Below, piece after piece: positions 9,131 through 17,314 of a stretch of 64,000 nt of DNA. The notes beneath the pieces were generated by a model, which saw only the letters and a program-made list of their open reading frames with translations, had not been told where the DNA came from and did not search any database. The stretch covers positions 64,001-128,000 of IMG/VR virus record IMGVR_UViG_3300036770_006434; one strand, 5' to 3'. Position numbers and translations under genes: made by a program. Each line of letters starts with the position of its first letter. The first letter of the stretch is position 1. The stretch comes from a virus.

Positions 9131-10275
9131 GTTTTGTCCGTGACCAGCTTGAGGAATTTGCCGAACAGGTAGCTAGACAGGGTCTTGTCGTCTTCCAGTA
9201 GTTTATAGAGATTGTCCACGCCCTGAATCTTTTCCGGCACTTCTACGCCGGTTTTCTCCAAGATTTCGGCGCGAATCTCTTCTGTGAAGCGAAACCACCC
9301 CCCAGTGCGCTGGACCATCTCCCACCCCATCATCAAATCAACAATTTCACGCTCCACCCAAACCGACGACGCGTTCTTGCGGTTATACTTGATGGGATAA
9401 CGGATTTCTGTCCCATACTTCTCGTTATTGCTCTTTACGATCTTGGCGCGACAGTAGTGGCCGATCACCTTGCCGGACTTTTCGCCGCCTTCCCGGATGA
9501 TGTCATCGTTGAATCGCGGCAGGAACTCCAGAACCCAGTCGCCGGCATGTTCCACGGCGTGACCACCGGAGGCACCGCCTTGTCGCGGCGGGGTCTTTTC
9601 ATATGGATTCAGCTTAATAGACTCGCGGACTTGGGAAATGAACCAACAGATGTGACCGCGCTTGGCCAAGGCCGCGCTGGTTTTCTTGAGGAAGACACTG
9701 GTCAAAAGAGACCCGCCAGCCACTTGCCCGGCCTGCTCCAAAGGTTTGGCCAAATCATCGCGTTTCGCCATCATGTCCAAGGAGTCGAGAATAAAGAAAT
9801 AGCGGGTGTTCTGGGGGTTGTTGCGGATCAATTCGCCCATGAGCCCGAAAACAGCCTCATACACATTGGACTCGAACACGAAACAGGTTCCGTCCACCCA
9901 CTTCTCGGAATCGGTGACAAATGTCACACCGGAACGCTCTTTGACCTCCTTGGACAAGCGGCCCTCGGCCTTGACGTAAAGACCCCTGTAACCATCGCCG
10001 TTTTGGAGGAAATGATGCATGAGGTCCAGAGTAAAACTGGTCTTGCCGCCGGCCGTGATCCCAGTGGCGCGGTGGGCGCCCGGGGTAATGCCGCCGTCCA
10101 TGTGAGCGGTAACCGTCAGGCTAGAGGCGCGGACGCGGTAATCATTGTCGTCTTCAAAGTTGTAGTGATCCGTTTTATTGGCCTTGAGAAAGGATGTTAC
10201 CTGCTGCTGGGGAGTGACTCCGTTTTCGGACGGATCAGTGTCATCAGCTTTATTCTTATTTGTGGTTTTTGCCAT
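9127..10275 (-). CDS. recA: RecA/UvsX-like recombinase
   Basis: Walker A GITAGGKTS; Walker B FILDSLD; ISQVRE; GGHAVEHA. Confidence 0.85.
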   Translation of the reverse strand: MAKTTNKNKADDTDPSENGVTPQQQVTSFLKANKTDHYNFEDDNDYRVRASSLTVTAHMDGGITPGAHRATGITAGGKTSFTLDLMHHFLQNGDGYRGLYVKAEGRLSKEVKERSGVTFVTDSEKWVDGTCFVFESNVYEAVFGLMGELIRNNPQNTRYFFILDSLDMMAKRDDLAKPLEQAGQVAGGSLLTSVFLKKTSAALAKRGHICWFISQVRESIKLNPYEKTPPRQGGASGGHAVEHAGDWVLEFLPRFNDDIIREGGEKSGKVIGHYCRAKIVKSNNEKYGTEIRYPIKYNRKNASSVWVEREIVDLMMGWEMVQRTGGWFRFTEEIRAEILEKTGVEVPEKIQGVDNLYKLLEDDKTLSSYLFGKFLKLVTDKT

Positions 10276-10284
10276 AGTGTAAAA

Positions 10285-11997
10285 TTATTTGGAAATCAGT
10301 CTTTTATAGAGTGTTGCAAATGCTTTTGCGGCGACATCTGGGTCAACACCGTTTCCGAGGAGTCGCAGCTCGTCAGTGCGGGAGAATCCGTGGTTGGTTG
10401 CTTCGTTATAGGCCCGGAGCGTCCACGTCTCTTCGTTAAATTGGGATCGCCATACTTCTTGAATCGCTGGTGGTGTTTCTGACAGAACCCATTGCGCCGC
10501 GCCGGACTCCCGCACGCTTTGCACAGAGAGCGTTCCTTCCACGGGCGCTTCCCCTCTTTCCAGTGCAATTTTGTATGACAGGACGCACAAAGTGTAAGCA
10601 AGTTCTCGGGCGAGTTGTTCGCGGGATTCCTGTCCTCGTGATGAATCCCTAGATTGTCCTCGGAGCCACATTGATGGCAGACCGAATCCTTTAACTGGGT
10701 CGCCCGCTTGTATAGCCCAGACAGCGAAACAGACTCTTTGAGGGAATGCTGTGAACTGCAATCCAGATTGCAGAACTGTCTCCGCAAGAACACCGCCCGG
10801 TCCTCCAGTCGGCCATTGTATCTCTTGCGTTGCATTTCTTTCCCACAATGAGAGCAGTGCTTGATAAGCACGGAGTGTTTGGCTTTCATAGGTTACGGAC
10901 GAACCCACCCTATTGGAAGCCCCATGAGAGAACAAACCCAATCCGGGTTCAACTTGCCCGATTTCGTCGCTCCCGCCCCCTCCGTCTGAGCTGGCAGATC
11001 CTTGGCTTCTCCCTTGTATGCTCGCCCTTGCTGCCCCTTCCAGTCGCGCGTTTGAGGGGTATTCCACTGATTGTGAACCTGCTCCTCCAACCGAAACTTG
11101 CCCGTGTCCATTGTGTTCCCGCCCATCTGAGACCGAGGGGTGCCCCACTGGGCTTGGCCCACTTGTGTCTCCAGATTGGGGAATCGGTCCTGATTCCAGA
11201 CTGACTCGGGAGTGATCGTTGCTGCCATTGCACTGCATGAGCGCGGAGTTGCCCACTGACTTGTGGATGACTCGGGTTGGCTCCCACCACCATTGATCTC
11301 GTCCGGGAGGCTTTGGTCGTAGATAAACGTTCCGTTGTGGTGAACCCATTCCCTCAGATTCCCGCAACCACCCTTGGTTCGCGCGCGATCCAGAGCAGTT
11401 TGACCCTTGGGCGGCACCGTGTCCATCGTGCATGGGGTCGGCCAATTGGGCAAGGATGAAAACCCGCTTCCGTTGATGGCTCGCCCCGATTTCAGCCGAA
11501 CTGAATACTCCTGCCGTTGCTCGGTAACCCACTCGCTCCAGCTCTCTAAGGACATGGAGCAGAACGGGCGTTCCTGCGGGGTCTCGCCAGTCGGTTCCGG
11601 CGAGCTTGGCGCTGATGATTCCCTCGACATTCTCAAGGAAGACGAGTTGGGGCTGGCACTCGGTGATACCTCTGAGGATGTGAGGAAACAGGTGTCTAGG
11701 GTCTTCGTCTCCTCCACGCTTCCCTGCTGCGCTGAAGGGCTGACAAGGGAAGCCTCCAGAGAGGATGCCCACTTTGCCGCGAAAGTCGGCCCAAGGGAAG
11801 GTCTTAACATCCGTCCAGATAGGTGCTGCGTCCAAGAGTCCCGCTTCCATTTTAGCGACCAAGTTCGCACAGGGGAAGGCTTCGATCTCACTAAAAGCGA
11901 CTGTGCGCAGATTGGGGATAACTCGGCTGAGTCCGATATCAATGCCGCCGTATCCGGCACAAAGGCTGATGTGTGTAAAGGCTTTGGTAGAATCCAT
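10285..11997 (-). CDS. DNA cytosine-C5 methyltransferase, alpha frame (motifs I-VIII and X, no IX)
   Basis: SLCAGYGG (I), GGFPCQPFS (IV), LENVEG (VI), HQRKRVF (VIII), ELRLLGNGV (X). The ~330-aa stretch between VIII and X is abnormally long. Confidence 0.9.
   Translation of the reverse strand: MDSTKAFTHISLCAGYGGIDIGLSRVIPNLRTVAFSEIEAFPCANLVAKMEAGLLDAAPIWTDVKTFPWADFRGKVGILSGGFPCQPFSAAGKRGGDEDPRHLFPHILRGITECQPQLVFLENVEGIISAKLAGTDWRDPAGTPVLLHVLRELERVGYRATAGVFSSAEIGASHQRKRVFILAQLADPMHDGHGAAQGSNCSGSRANQGWLRESEGMGSPQRNVYLRPKPPGRDQWWWEPTRVIHKSVGNSALMQCNGSNDHSRVSLESGPIPQSGDTSGPSPVGHPSVSDGREHNGHGQVSVGGAGSQSVEYPSNARLEGAARASIQGRSQGSASSDGGGGSDEIGQVEPGLGLFSHGASNRVGSSVTYESQTLRAYQALLSLWERNATQEIQWPTGGPGGVLAETVLQSGLQFTAFPQRVCFAVWAIQAGDPVKGFGLPSMWLRGQSRDSSRGQESREQLARELAYTLCVLSYKIALERGEAPVEGTLSVQSVRESGAAQWVLSETPPAIQEVWRSQFNEETWTLRAYNEATNHGFSRTDELRLLGNGVDPDVAAKAFATLYKRLISK
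10296..10889 (-). CDS. HNH endonuclease nested out of frame inside the C5 methyltransferase gene
   Basis: CSHC...FCNLDC Zn ribbon; CHQCG...IHHEDRNPANNSPENLLTLCASCHTKLH HNH motif; CKAC...FCQKHHQRFKKYGDP tail. Confidence 0.85.
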   Translation of the reverse strand: MKAKHSVLIKHCSHCGKEMQRKRYNGRLEDRAVFLRRQFCNLDCSSQHSLKESVSLSGLYKRATQLKDSVCHQCGSEDNLGIHHEDRNPANNSPENLLTLCASCHTKLHWKEGKRPWKERSLCKACGSPARRNGFCQKHHQRFKKYGDPNLTKRRGRSGPITKQPTTDSPALTSCDSSETVLTQMSPQKHLQHSIKD

Positions 11998-12002
11998 GTC
12001 AT
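10893..12002 (-). CDS. C5 methyltransferase beta polypeptide in an overlapping frame (motif IX-like C-terminus)
   Basis: 369-codon ORF overlapping the alpha frame. Its ATG lies 5 nt upstream of the alpha ATG (ATGACATG). It ends KLNPDWVCSLMGLPIGW, matching motif IX (LTP.E..RLMGFP..W). Confidence 0.7.
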   Translation of the reverse strand: MTWILPKPLHTSAFVPDTAALISDSAELSPICAQSLLVRSKPSPVRTWSLKWKRDSWTQHLSGRMLRPSLGPTFAAKWASSLEASLVSPSAQQGSVEETKTLDTCFLTSSEVSPSASPNSSSLRMSRESSAPSSPEPTGETPQERPFCSMSLESWSEWVTEQRQEYSVRLKSGRAINGSGFSSLPNWPTPCTMDTVPPKGQTALDRARTKGGCGNLREWVHHNGTFIYDQSLPDEINGGGSQPESSTSQWATPRSCSAMAATITPESVWNQDRFPNLETQVGQAQWGTPRSQMGGNTMDTGKFRLEEQVHNQWNTPQTRDWKGQQGRAYKGEAKDLPAQTEGAGATKSGKLNPDWVCSLMGLPIGWVRP

Positions 12003-12013
12003 GTGTTTATATT

Positions 12014-12418
12014 TTACTCTTTGTCCGCCCATTCCGCCATACTCAGCTTCTTGGGCTTAACCTCTGTCTTGGGGGCTTCCCCACTATCCGTCAAACTATC
12101 CAGTATGCCGCATTTGTCAACCCATTTCAGCAAATCCTCTTTCTCCAACTGGTGGGTAACCCAGAACTCGCGGAGGGCGGCCTGACCGTTTTCTGTCAGA
12201 AGATAGGACAGGCTTTCCAGCTTTTCGTGGGGGCGGAGATTGAGCCAAAACACTTCGTCGGGATACGATTTGCGGAGTTTGGACAGGATTTTGAGTTCTC
12301 GGCCCCAGACCCCCGGCTGTCTCAGGGCTTCCGGCTTCAAGAGCCGCGCGAGGATGGAGCAGGAGATTCCGGCGGGGGATAGGGGGTCTATGGGTTTGCG
12401 GAATTTCTTCCAAGTCAT
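12014..12418 (-). CDS. Hypothetical protein (134 aa)
   Basis: ATGA overlap with the thyX stop; in operon. Confidence 0.65.
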   Translation of the reverse strand: MTWKKFRKPIDPLSPAGISCSILARLLKPEALRQPGVWGRELKILSKLRKSYPDEVFWLNLRPHEKLESLSYLLTENGQAALREFWVTHQLEKEDLLKWVDKCGILDSLTDSGEAPKTEVKPKKLSMAEWADKE

Positions 12419-14166
12419 AGATTAAAAGCGGCGATAGTGTGCTTGAACGGGTTGCCCTCAATCTCTTTAACAAGTCTCAGCATTTCGGCGACAACCATCT
12501 GCGTTTCCTTTTGGGCATCGGGTTTCAGCCGCAGGTTGCAGAGATGGACGAAAGCGAGAAAACTGCCGGTCCAAATAAAAGTTGTTTCGAGACAGAGAGG
12601 AAGAATGACCCGGCATTGCTCCTTAGCGACACCGAAATCTTCCATTTCCCGGTATAGCTTTTGGGCGGCGTCCACCAGTTCCTGCATTTTAAGCCGGAAG
12701 TTTTGGTTGTCAGACGCTTCAAGATCGCCGGCACTTCCCTGCTTGCTGGACTTGGACTGATAGCGGAGTTGCTCCGGAATATCGTAGGAATCGGAAAAGT
12801 CCACGTATCTGCCCGAAATGGAATTTGCAGAATTGTGAACGACCATGCCATTTGCAACAAAATTTTTCCATTTTCCATCAATTTCAATGTCGTATGTTTC
12901 CTCTGTCCCAATTTTTAAAATTGACACGATTTTTGAAAAACCAACTTTTAAACGAGCCTTAGAGCGGTCTCCAATTCTTTTTTTATAAATGAATGGAACA
13001 AAATCTTTGGAAGAAACTTTTTCTGCAAATTCAATTTCATTTTCCAAGCTAAAATGGATTTTTTTGTGACAATCTTCGCAAACAGTTATTAGATTGTCAA
13101 AATCCATACCTTTTGACGGATTTTGAGCTACTGGAATAATGTGGTGAGCGTGTAATTTGCCACTGCTTTCTCCACATTTTTGACAGGTAAAATTGTATTT
13201 TTTGTGAACATTATGCGCGTTCCGCGTTGACCAAACGGCTATCAAATCCCGATTTTCAGTTATGCCACCTCGCCAAAAATGACTATTCTCTCCCTTTCTT
13301 GCATTATTTTTTGCATGTAATACCTTGTTTTTATAACTCTCTTCTGTAAAATTTAGGGAATAACCTTTTACGTTTTCATTCCAAGGTCTGTTGCCGGGCT
13401 TAAAACAAGTTTCCTCTTTTGAAAAACAAAGATTATGTATTTTAAGCCATTTTCTAATAGTATGATAAGACACTTTGCAATCACATGCCATTTCTTCAAC
13501 AGACATTTTTTTATCTCTGCACAGTTTCAAATAATTATAATCTCTATAGTTTCCATTACCCGCTACGGAAAGCCCATTTGTTGCAATGAAGTCAGCCAGA
13601 CCCAAACCGTCGGTGATAGTTTTCCAACCATCTTTTGTAAAAATCTTATGATCTTTTGAACACTTTAGACTCTTTCCGTCTTGCAGGGTGATTTCATATA
13701 TTTCTTTTACCCCGGATTTGAAGACATTTTTGATATTTGACGTTTCAAAAAAACCATTATCCTCGTTTAAAACCCTTATTTTTCTGCCGCTAATTCTTCT
13801 TTGTTGATATTCTTTGTCTTTGGGCGTGTTCTGGTGGGGGCGACCATTTTCCCATTTTTCATATAAGTCTTTTATCTTTATCTTTTGGATTTTACCAGAA
13901 GCCTGTTTGAAATAGATTTCCGAATCGCCTGACAAACACCAGCCGATTTGGTGCTTAAACAGTTGTCTCTCAACGAAGATCGCGCATTTTACTCGGAACT
14001 GCAACTGGGAATGGCGGAAGGGCGACGTATGATTGTGGGCGACAAGGTATTTCAGAAGTTTTTCGTCCTTTTCGTCAAACGCTTCCTTGGTCTTCCCGTA
14101 GCTAACGCGGGCCACGTTCGCGGCCATCAAATCGCCGCCAAAATAGTCTAGGAGTTCGGCCTTCAC
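12415..14166 (-). CDS. thyX: Flavin-dependent thymidylate synthase ThyX containing an intein
   Basis: ANVARVSY, HTSPFRH, RQLFKHQIGW|SANSISGRY (ThyX motif split by the intein), KEQCRVILP, NLRLKPDAQKE. Confidence 0.92.
   Translation of the reverse strand: MKAELLDYFGGDLMAANVARVSYGKTKEAFDEKDEKLLKYLVAHNHTSPFRHSQLQFRVKCAIFVERQLFKHQIGWCLSGDSEIYFKQASGKIQKIKIKDLYEKWENGRPHQNTPKDKEYQQRRISGRKIRVLNEDNGFFETSNIKNVFKSGVKEIYEITLQDGKSLKCSKDHKIFTKDGWKTITDGLGLADFIATNGLSVAGNGNYRDYNYLKLCRDKKMSVEEMACDCKVSYHTIRKWLKIHNLCFSKEETCFKPGNRPWNENVKGYSLNFTEESYKNKVLHAKNNARKGENSHFWRGGITENRDLIAVWSTRNAHNVHKKYNFTCQKCGESSGKLHAHHIIPVAQNPSKGMDFDNLITVCEDCHKKIHFSLENEIEFAEKVSSKDFVPFIYKKRIGDRSKARLKVGFSKIVSILKIGTEETYDIEIDGKWKNFVANGMVVHNSANSISGRYVDFSDSYDIPEQLRYQSKSSKQGSAGDLEASDNQNFRLKMQELVDAAQKLYREMEDFGVAKEQCRVILPLCLETTFIWTGSFLAFVHLCNLRLKPDAQKETQMVVAEMLRLVKEIEGNPFKHTIAAFNL
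12832..13938 (-). mobile_element. 369-aa intein with an HNH homing endonuclease
   Basis: Starts CLSGDSEI and ends VANGMVVHN before Ser(+1). Block B CSKDHKIF; block F TYDIEI; internal CQKC...HAHHIIP...NLITVCEDCH. Strongly AT-rich relative to the exteins. Confidence 0.93.
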
Positions 14167-14438
14167 GATTCATCCTCCCCCAGATGCTTCAACGGATTCA
14201 ATCCCGTGGAGCCCACGATTTCCTCGAATTTCGCGATAAAGTCCTGATCCTCGGAAATCACTTCAAAGTCGTCTTCCGAGAGGATTCCTACAATGTGGCT
14301 GTGTTTTCCGAGGGATTCCCCGAAGTCTGCCTCGGACCCAATTACCGCTTTGATAATCTCGGGCTCGGCGGCGAACACGCTTTCAATGTCGCCCCAAGAA
14401 TAGGACCACTGGAATTTGTATAGTAGTTTTTTGCTCAT
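14163..14438 (-). CDS. Hypothetical protein (91 aa)
   Basis: ATG start; GTGA overlap with the thyX start. Confidence 0.65.
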   Translation of the reverse strand: MSKKLLYKFQWSYSWGDIESVFAAEPEIIKAVIGSEADFGESLGKHSHIVGILSEDDFEVISEDQDFIAKFEEIVGSTGLNPLKHLGEDES

Positions 14439-14450
14439 ATAATATGTAAA

Positions 14451-14765
14451 TTACTTCCCCGCCTTACGCGCTTTGCCCTTCTTCTTGAATTCCAACAGCT
14501 TATAGAAAGGCACCTCCACGGGTTTAGGCACACTCTGCTCCTGATACAGGACATGGTCGCCGGACAGGAACTTGAGAGTTCCCACATCGGGCCTTTCCGA
14601 TTCCGGCACAATTGAAAGTGGCAATACCCATTGGTTTACGGCACCGTTGGGTTCCTTTACATCCGCGATCACATGAGACTTGCCCATGAAATATTTGACG
14701 TGGATTTCTGCGGGCAGGTTGCCGGCGGGTTTGGCCGGCTTGCGGCGTTTGGCGGGGGTCTTCAT
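14451..14765 (-). CDS. Hypothetical protein (104 aa)
   Basis: ATGA overlap with the gmd stop. Confidence 0.6.
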   Translation of the reverse strand: MKTPAKRRKPAKPAGNLPAEIHVKYFMGKSHVIADVKEPNGAVNQWVLPLSIVPESERPDVGTLKFLSGDHVLYQEQSVPKPVEVPFYKLLEFKKKGKARKAGK

Positions 14766-15916
14766 GTGGTGACTCTCGCTTCCTTCAGGTCGTTTTCCAC
14801 CATTCGGCGGACCAGTTCGTCAAAGGTAACCTTGGGCCGCCAGCCGAGTTCGGTTCTAGCGCGGGTGGAATCTCCTGTTAGGGTTTCTACATCGGCAGGG
14901 CGATAGAAGGCGGGGTTGATTCGGACAAGAGTCCGAAATGCGCCCAGTCTCGTCGTCTCGTCCACGCAAAAATGGTTGACGTAAACCTCGTCTTTTGGAT
15001 CGTTGGGCTTGCTGCCCCAAAGCCCGGAAATGCCAGCCACTGTAAACGCTTTCTCCACGAATTCCCGGACGGTATGGGTTTCACCGGAGGACAGGACGTA
15101 TTCATTCAGTGCGGCGGCGGCTCGTTTGCGGGACAATTCCATGTCCGCACAGGCTCCGACAGGGAAATTCGGATTGTATCGCTCCTGATTCAACATCCGC
15201 CAGACGCCATCCACAAAGTCTGACGCGTGACTCCAATCGCGGCAAACATCAAGCGCACCTAACTCCAGCGGTTCAAACGACTTGCCATCCTGTATAGCCT
15301 TGGCGATTCTGGCGACACCCTTGGTAATCTTGCGCGTAACAAATTCCTGCCCTCTGCGCTCCGACTCATAGTTGAGACACCAACACTGAATGGCGTAGAG
15401 CCCATAACTCTCACGGTAAACTTTGACCAGTTGTCTGGCCGCGATCTTTGAAGCGCCATACGGGCTGCGGGCGCGCGGCGGGTGTCTCTCGTCCTGCGGC
15501 GAATAAAGGACATCACCCCATTCTTCCGAGCTGCCGAAATTGATGTAACGAGTGGTCGGGCTAAACTTGCGAATGGCCTCCAACTGGCGCAAGACTCCAA
15601 GAGCGTTATACTCCATATGCTGCTCCGGGTAGGTCCAACTAGAGCCTACAAAACTGTTTGCCGCACAGTTAAAAAAATAGTCGGGTTTTATCGCTTGGAT
15701 CAGACTGCTGATAGAATGGGAGTCACCTAAGTCCATAGGTGCGATAGAGAAAAGCGGGCTATGGATGTGAGCAATATTCTTGTCATTCGGCACGGACAGG
15801 CGGCGGACGGCGCCGACAACCTTGATGTCGCGCTCCAATAGGAAGTCGGCGATATAGGACCCCATCTGGCCCGTGACGCCCGTAACAATAGCTGTTTTAT
15901 TCGTAGATTCGTTCAT
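14762..15916 (-). CDS. gmd: GDP-mannose 4,6-dehydratase
   Basis: GVTGQMG, AANSFVGSSW, GSSEEWG, PRSPYGASK, ESERRGQEFVTRKIT, RDWSHA, YRPADV. Start at MNEST (15916). Confidence 0.93.
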   Translation of the reverse strand: MNESTNKTAIVTGVTGQMGSYIADFLLERDIKVVGAVRRLSVPNDKNIAHIHSPLFSIAPMDLGDSHSISSLIQAIKPDYFFNCAANSFVGSSWTYPEQHMEYNALGVLRQLEAIRKFSPTTRYINFGSSEEWGDVLYSPQDERHPPRARSPYGASKIAARQLVKVYRESYGLYAIQCWCLNYESERRGQEFVTRKITKGVARIAKAIQDGKSFEPLELGALDVCRDWSHASDFVDGVWRMLNQERYNPNFPVGACADMELSRKRAAAALNEYVLSSGETHTVREFVEKAFTVAGISGLWGSKPNDPKDEVYVNHFCVDETTRLGAFRTLVRINPAFYRPADVETLTGDSTRARTELGWRPKVTFDELVRRMVENDLKEARVTT

Positions 15917-16182
15917 TTCGCAATAGATTCTTTGGTTACCGCCGGCAAATCCCGCCACTCCTCCTTGATCGGAACCCAGTGAAACTTGAGTCCCGGCACG
16001 TTCTCCCACTTCCTGTCCTCGGGCGGCGGAGTGTAAAGCGCGTTCCCGATTTCGCCGTCCTGCACAATGTATTTGCGCTGAACCCCGACGACCACGTTAT
16101 AAGCCTGACACGGCTCTGTGTAAACACATTGGGTCACGGCCCTCATCTCATCTGTCGGTCTTTCAAAAGGTTTGGTAGACAT
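15913..16182 (-). CDS. Hypothetical protein (89 aa)
   Basis: ATGA overlap with the gmd start. Confidence 0.6.
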   Translation of the reverse strand: MSTKPFERPTDEMRAVTQCVYTEPCQAYNVVVGVQRKYIVQDGEIGNALYTPPPEDRKWENVPGLKFHWVPIKEEWRDLPAVTKESIAK

Positions 16183-16185
16183 AGT

Positions 16186-16773
16186 TTAGTCGCAATTCTC
16201 ACCGATTACCCAGAACCCGAATCTGTTGATACAACCGAGCGCCCGGCTCCAGCCGTCCTTCCATTCGATCAGGTCATCCAAGTCCTTGGGCAGGTCGTCC
16301 GCGACCATGTCTTTGACGTATTCCACGTCAATAGGGTAAATACCCTCTTCAAAACAGCGATGGGACTGGTTGCAGTCCGCCCCGAAGAGGTGGCGGAGGT
16401 CCGCGCTGTAATCGTTCAGGCTCTTCAGTCCTACGCCGAACGCCCCGACATTGGAGTCCAGCCACTTCTCCTGTAGGGCAGTCATGCCATAGCGGACCTT
16501 TTCACTGACTGGCGTCAAAACAGTGGCATGGATATAATGCTGATGACACCCGATTCCCGCCGTCTGGTGCGCCAGATTCACCCAAGTCCGGCCGGGCTTG
16601 AAATTGTATACCCGCTGCATATCGGGCTTCTCAAACTCCCACGGCTTGACTTCTATGCCCAAGATCAGGGAGGGCAAAGGAATATTCAGCTGATCCGCAT
16701 ACTTGAATTTTTCAACCGTCAAAGGGGCGGCTATCTCGCCGCGCCGGGATTTGGATTTAACGAGTCTTGGCAT
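16186..16773 (-). CDS. Hypothetical protein (195 aa)
   Basis: ATG start just downstream of a promoter. Confidence 0.65.
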   Translation of the reverse strand: MPRLVKSKSRRGEIAAPLTVEKFKYADQLNIPLPSLILGIEVKPWEFEKPDMQRVYNFKPGRTWVNLAHQTAGIGCHQHYIHATVLTPVSEKVRYGMTALQEKWLDSNVGAFGVGLKSLNDYSADLRHLFGADCNQSHRCFEEGIYPIDVEYVKDMVADDLPKDLDDLIEWKDGWSRALGCINRFGFWVIGENCD

Positions 16774-16801
16774 ATTATGGTCTGGGGCTATTCACCCCGC
16801 C

Positions 16802-16829
16802 ATCATATCCGTTATGAATCCCCTGTCAA
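16802..16829 (-). promoter_or_regulatory. Sigma70-like promoter TTGACA-N16-TATGAT; the -35 lies within a CCCCT/AGGGG hairpin
   Basis: Intergenic. On the + strand the same bases read cccct-gtca-agggg-ttttt, a terminator-like hairpin. Confidence 0.7.
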
Positions 16830-16841
16830 GGGGTTTTTGTA

Positions 16842-17306
16842 TCAAGCGGCCGAAAACGGCGGCCGACCACCATTGAATGAAGCACAGGTCAAATACGGCT
16901 TTATGGAGTCCAAATTGCTGAATGCAAATCTCTTGCCACCGTTCTTTTTGATCCTTTTGTGTTTTTGGTGTGCGGATTCCAGTTTTTGGCAAATGCCGGA
17001 TTTGGAGATATTCGTTTTTCGGATATAGTCCAAAACCCCCAAGTCCATAGCCTCTTTCATAGATGCGTCCGTCGGGTCTCCGGTCAGAACAACTATGGGT
17101 ATATCGTATTCCAGAACGCTTTCTATTGAATTCAAACCGCTGGAATCCGGCAACTCAAGGTCAAGCAGGATTGCATCATATCCCCCCGAGTCAAGCATTG
17201 CGCGGGCTTCGCGAATTGTTTCTGCCTGATCGAAAGAGATATTTGGGCAACTCGCTTTGATACAGGAAAAAATTGAATCCAAGTCTTCAATGTGGAGGAC
17301 TTTCAT
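16842..17306 (-). CDS. Stand-alone response-regulator receiver (REC) protein
   Basis: KVLHIED (acidic pocket), ILLDLELPD (phospho-Asp), VVLTG (Thr), DYIRK (Lys). Start at MKVLH (17306). Confidence 0.88.
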   Translation of the reverse strand: MKVLHIEDLDSIFSCIKASCPNISFDQAETIREARAMLDSGGYDAILLDLELPDSSGLNSIESVLEYDIPIVVLTGDPTDASMKEAMDLGVLDYIRKTNISKSGICQKLESAHQKHKRIKKNGGKRFAFSNLDSIKPYLTCASFNGGRPPFSAA

Positions 17307-17314
17307 CGGGGGGG

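Noticed and set aside
9457-10482. 341-aa + strand ORF opposite recA
   Set aside because: Antisense shadow of a GC-rich gene; no motifs, and the opposite strand is a clear RecA.
10330-10900. Intein explanation for the methyltransferase insert
   Set aside because: No N-terminal Cys/Ser block or C-terminal His-Asn in the alpha frame, and the nuclease is in a different frame.
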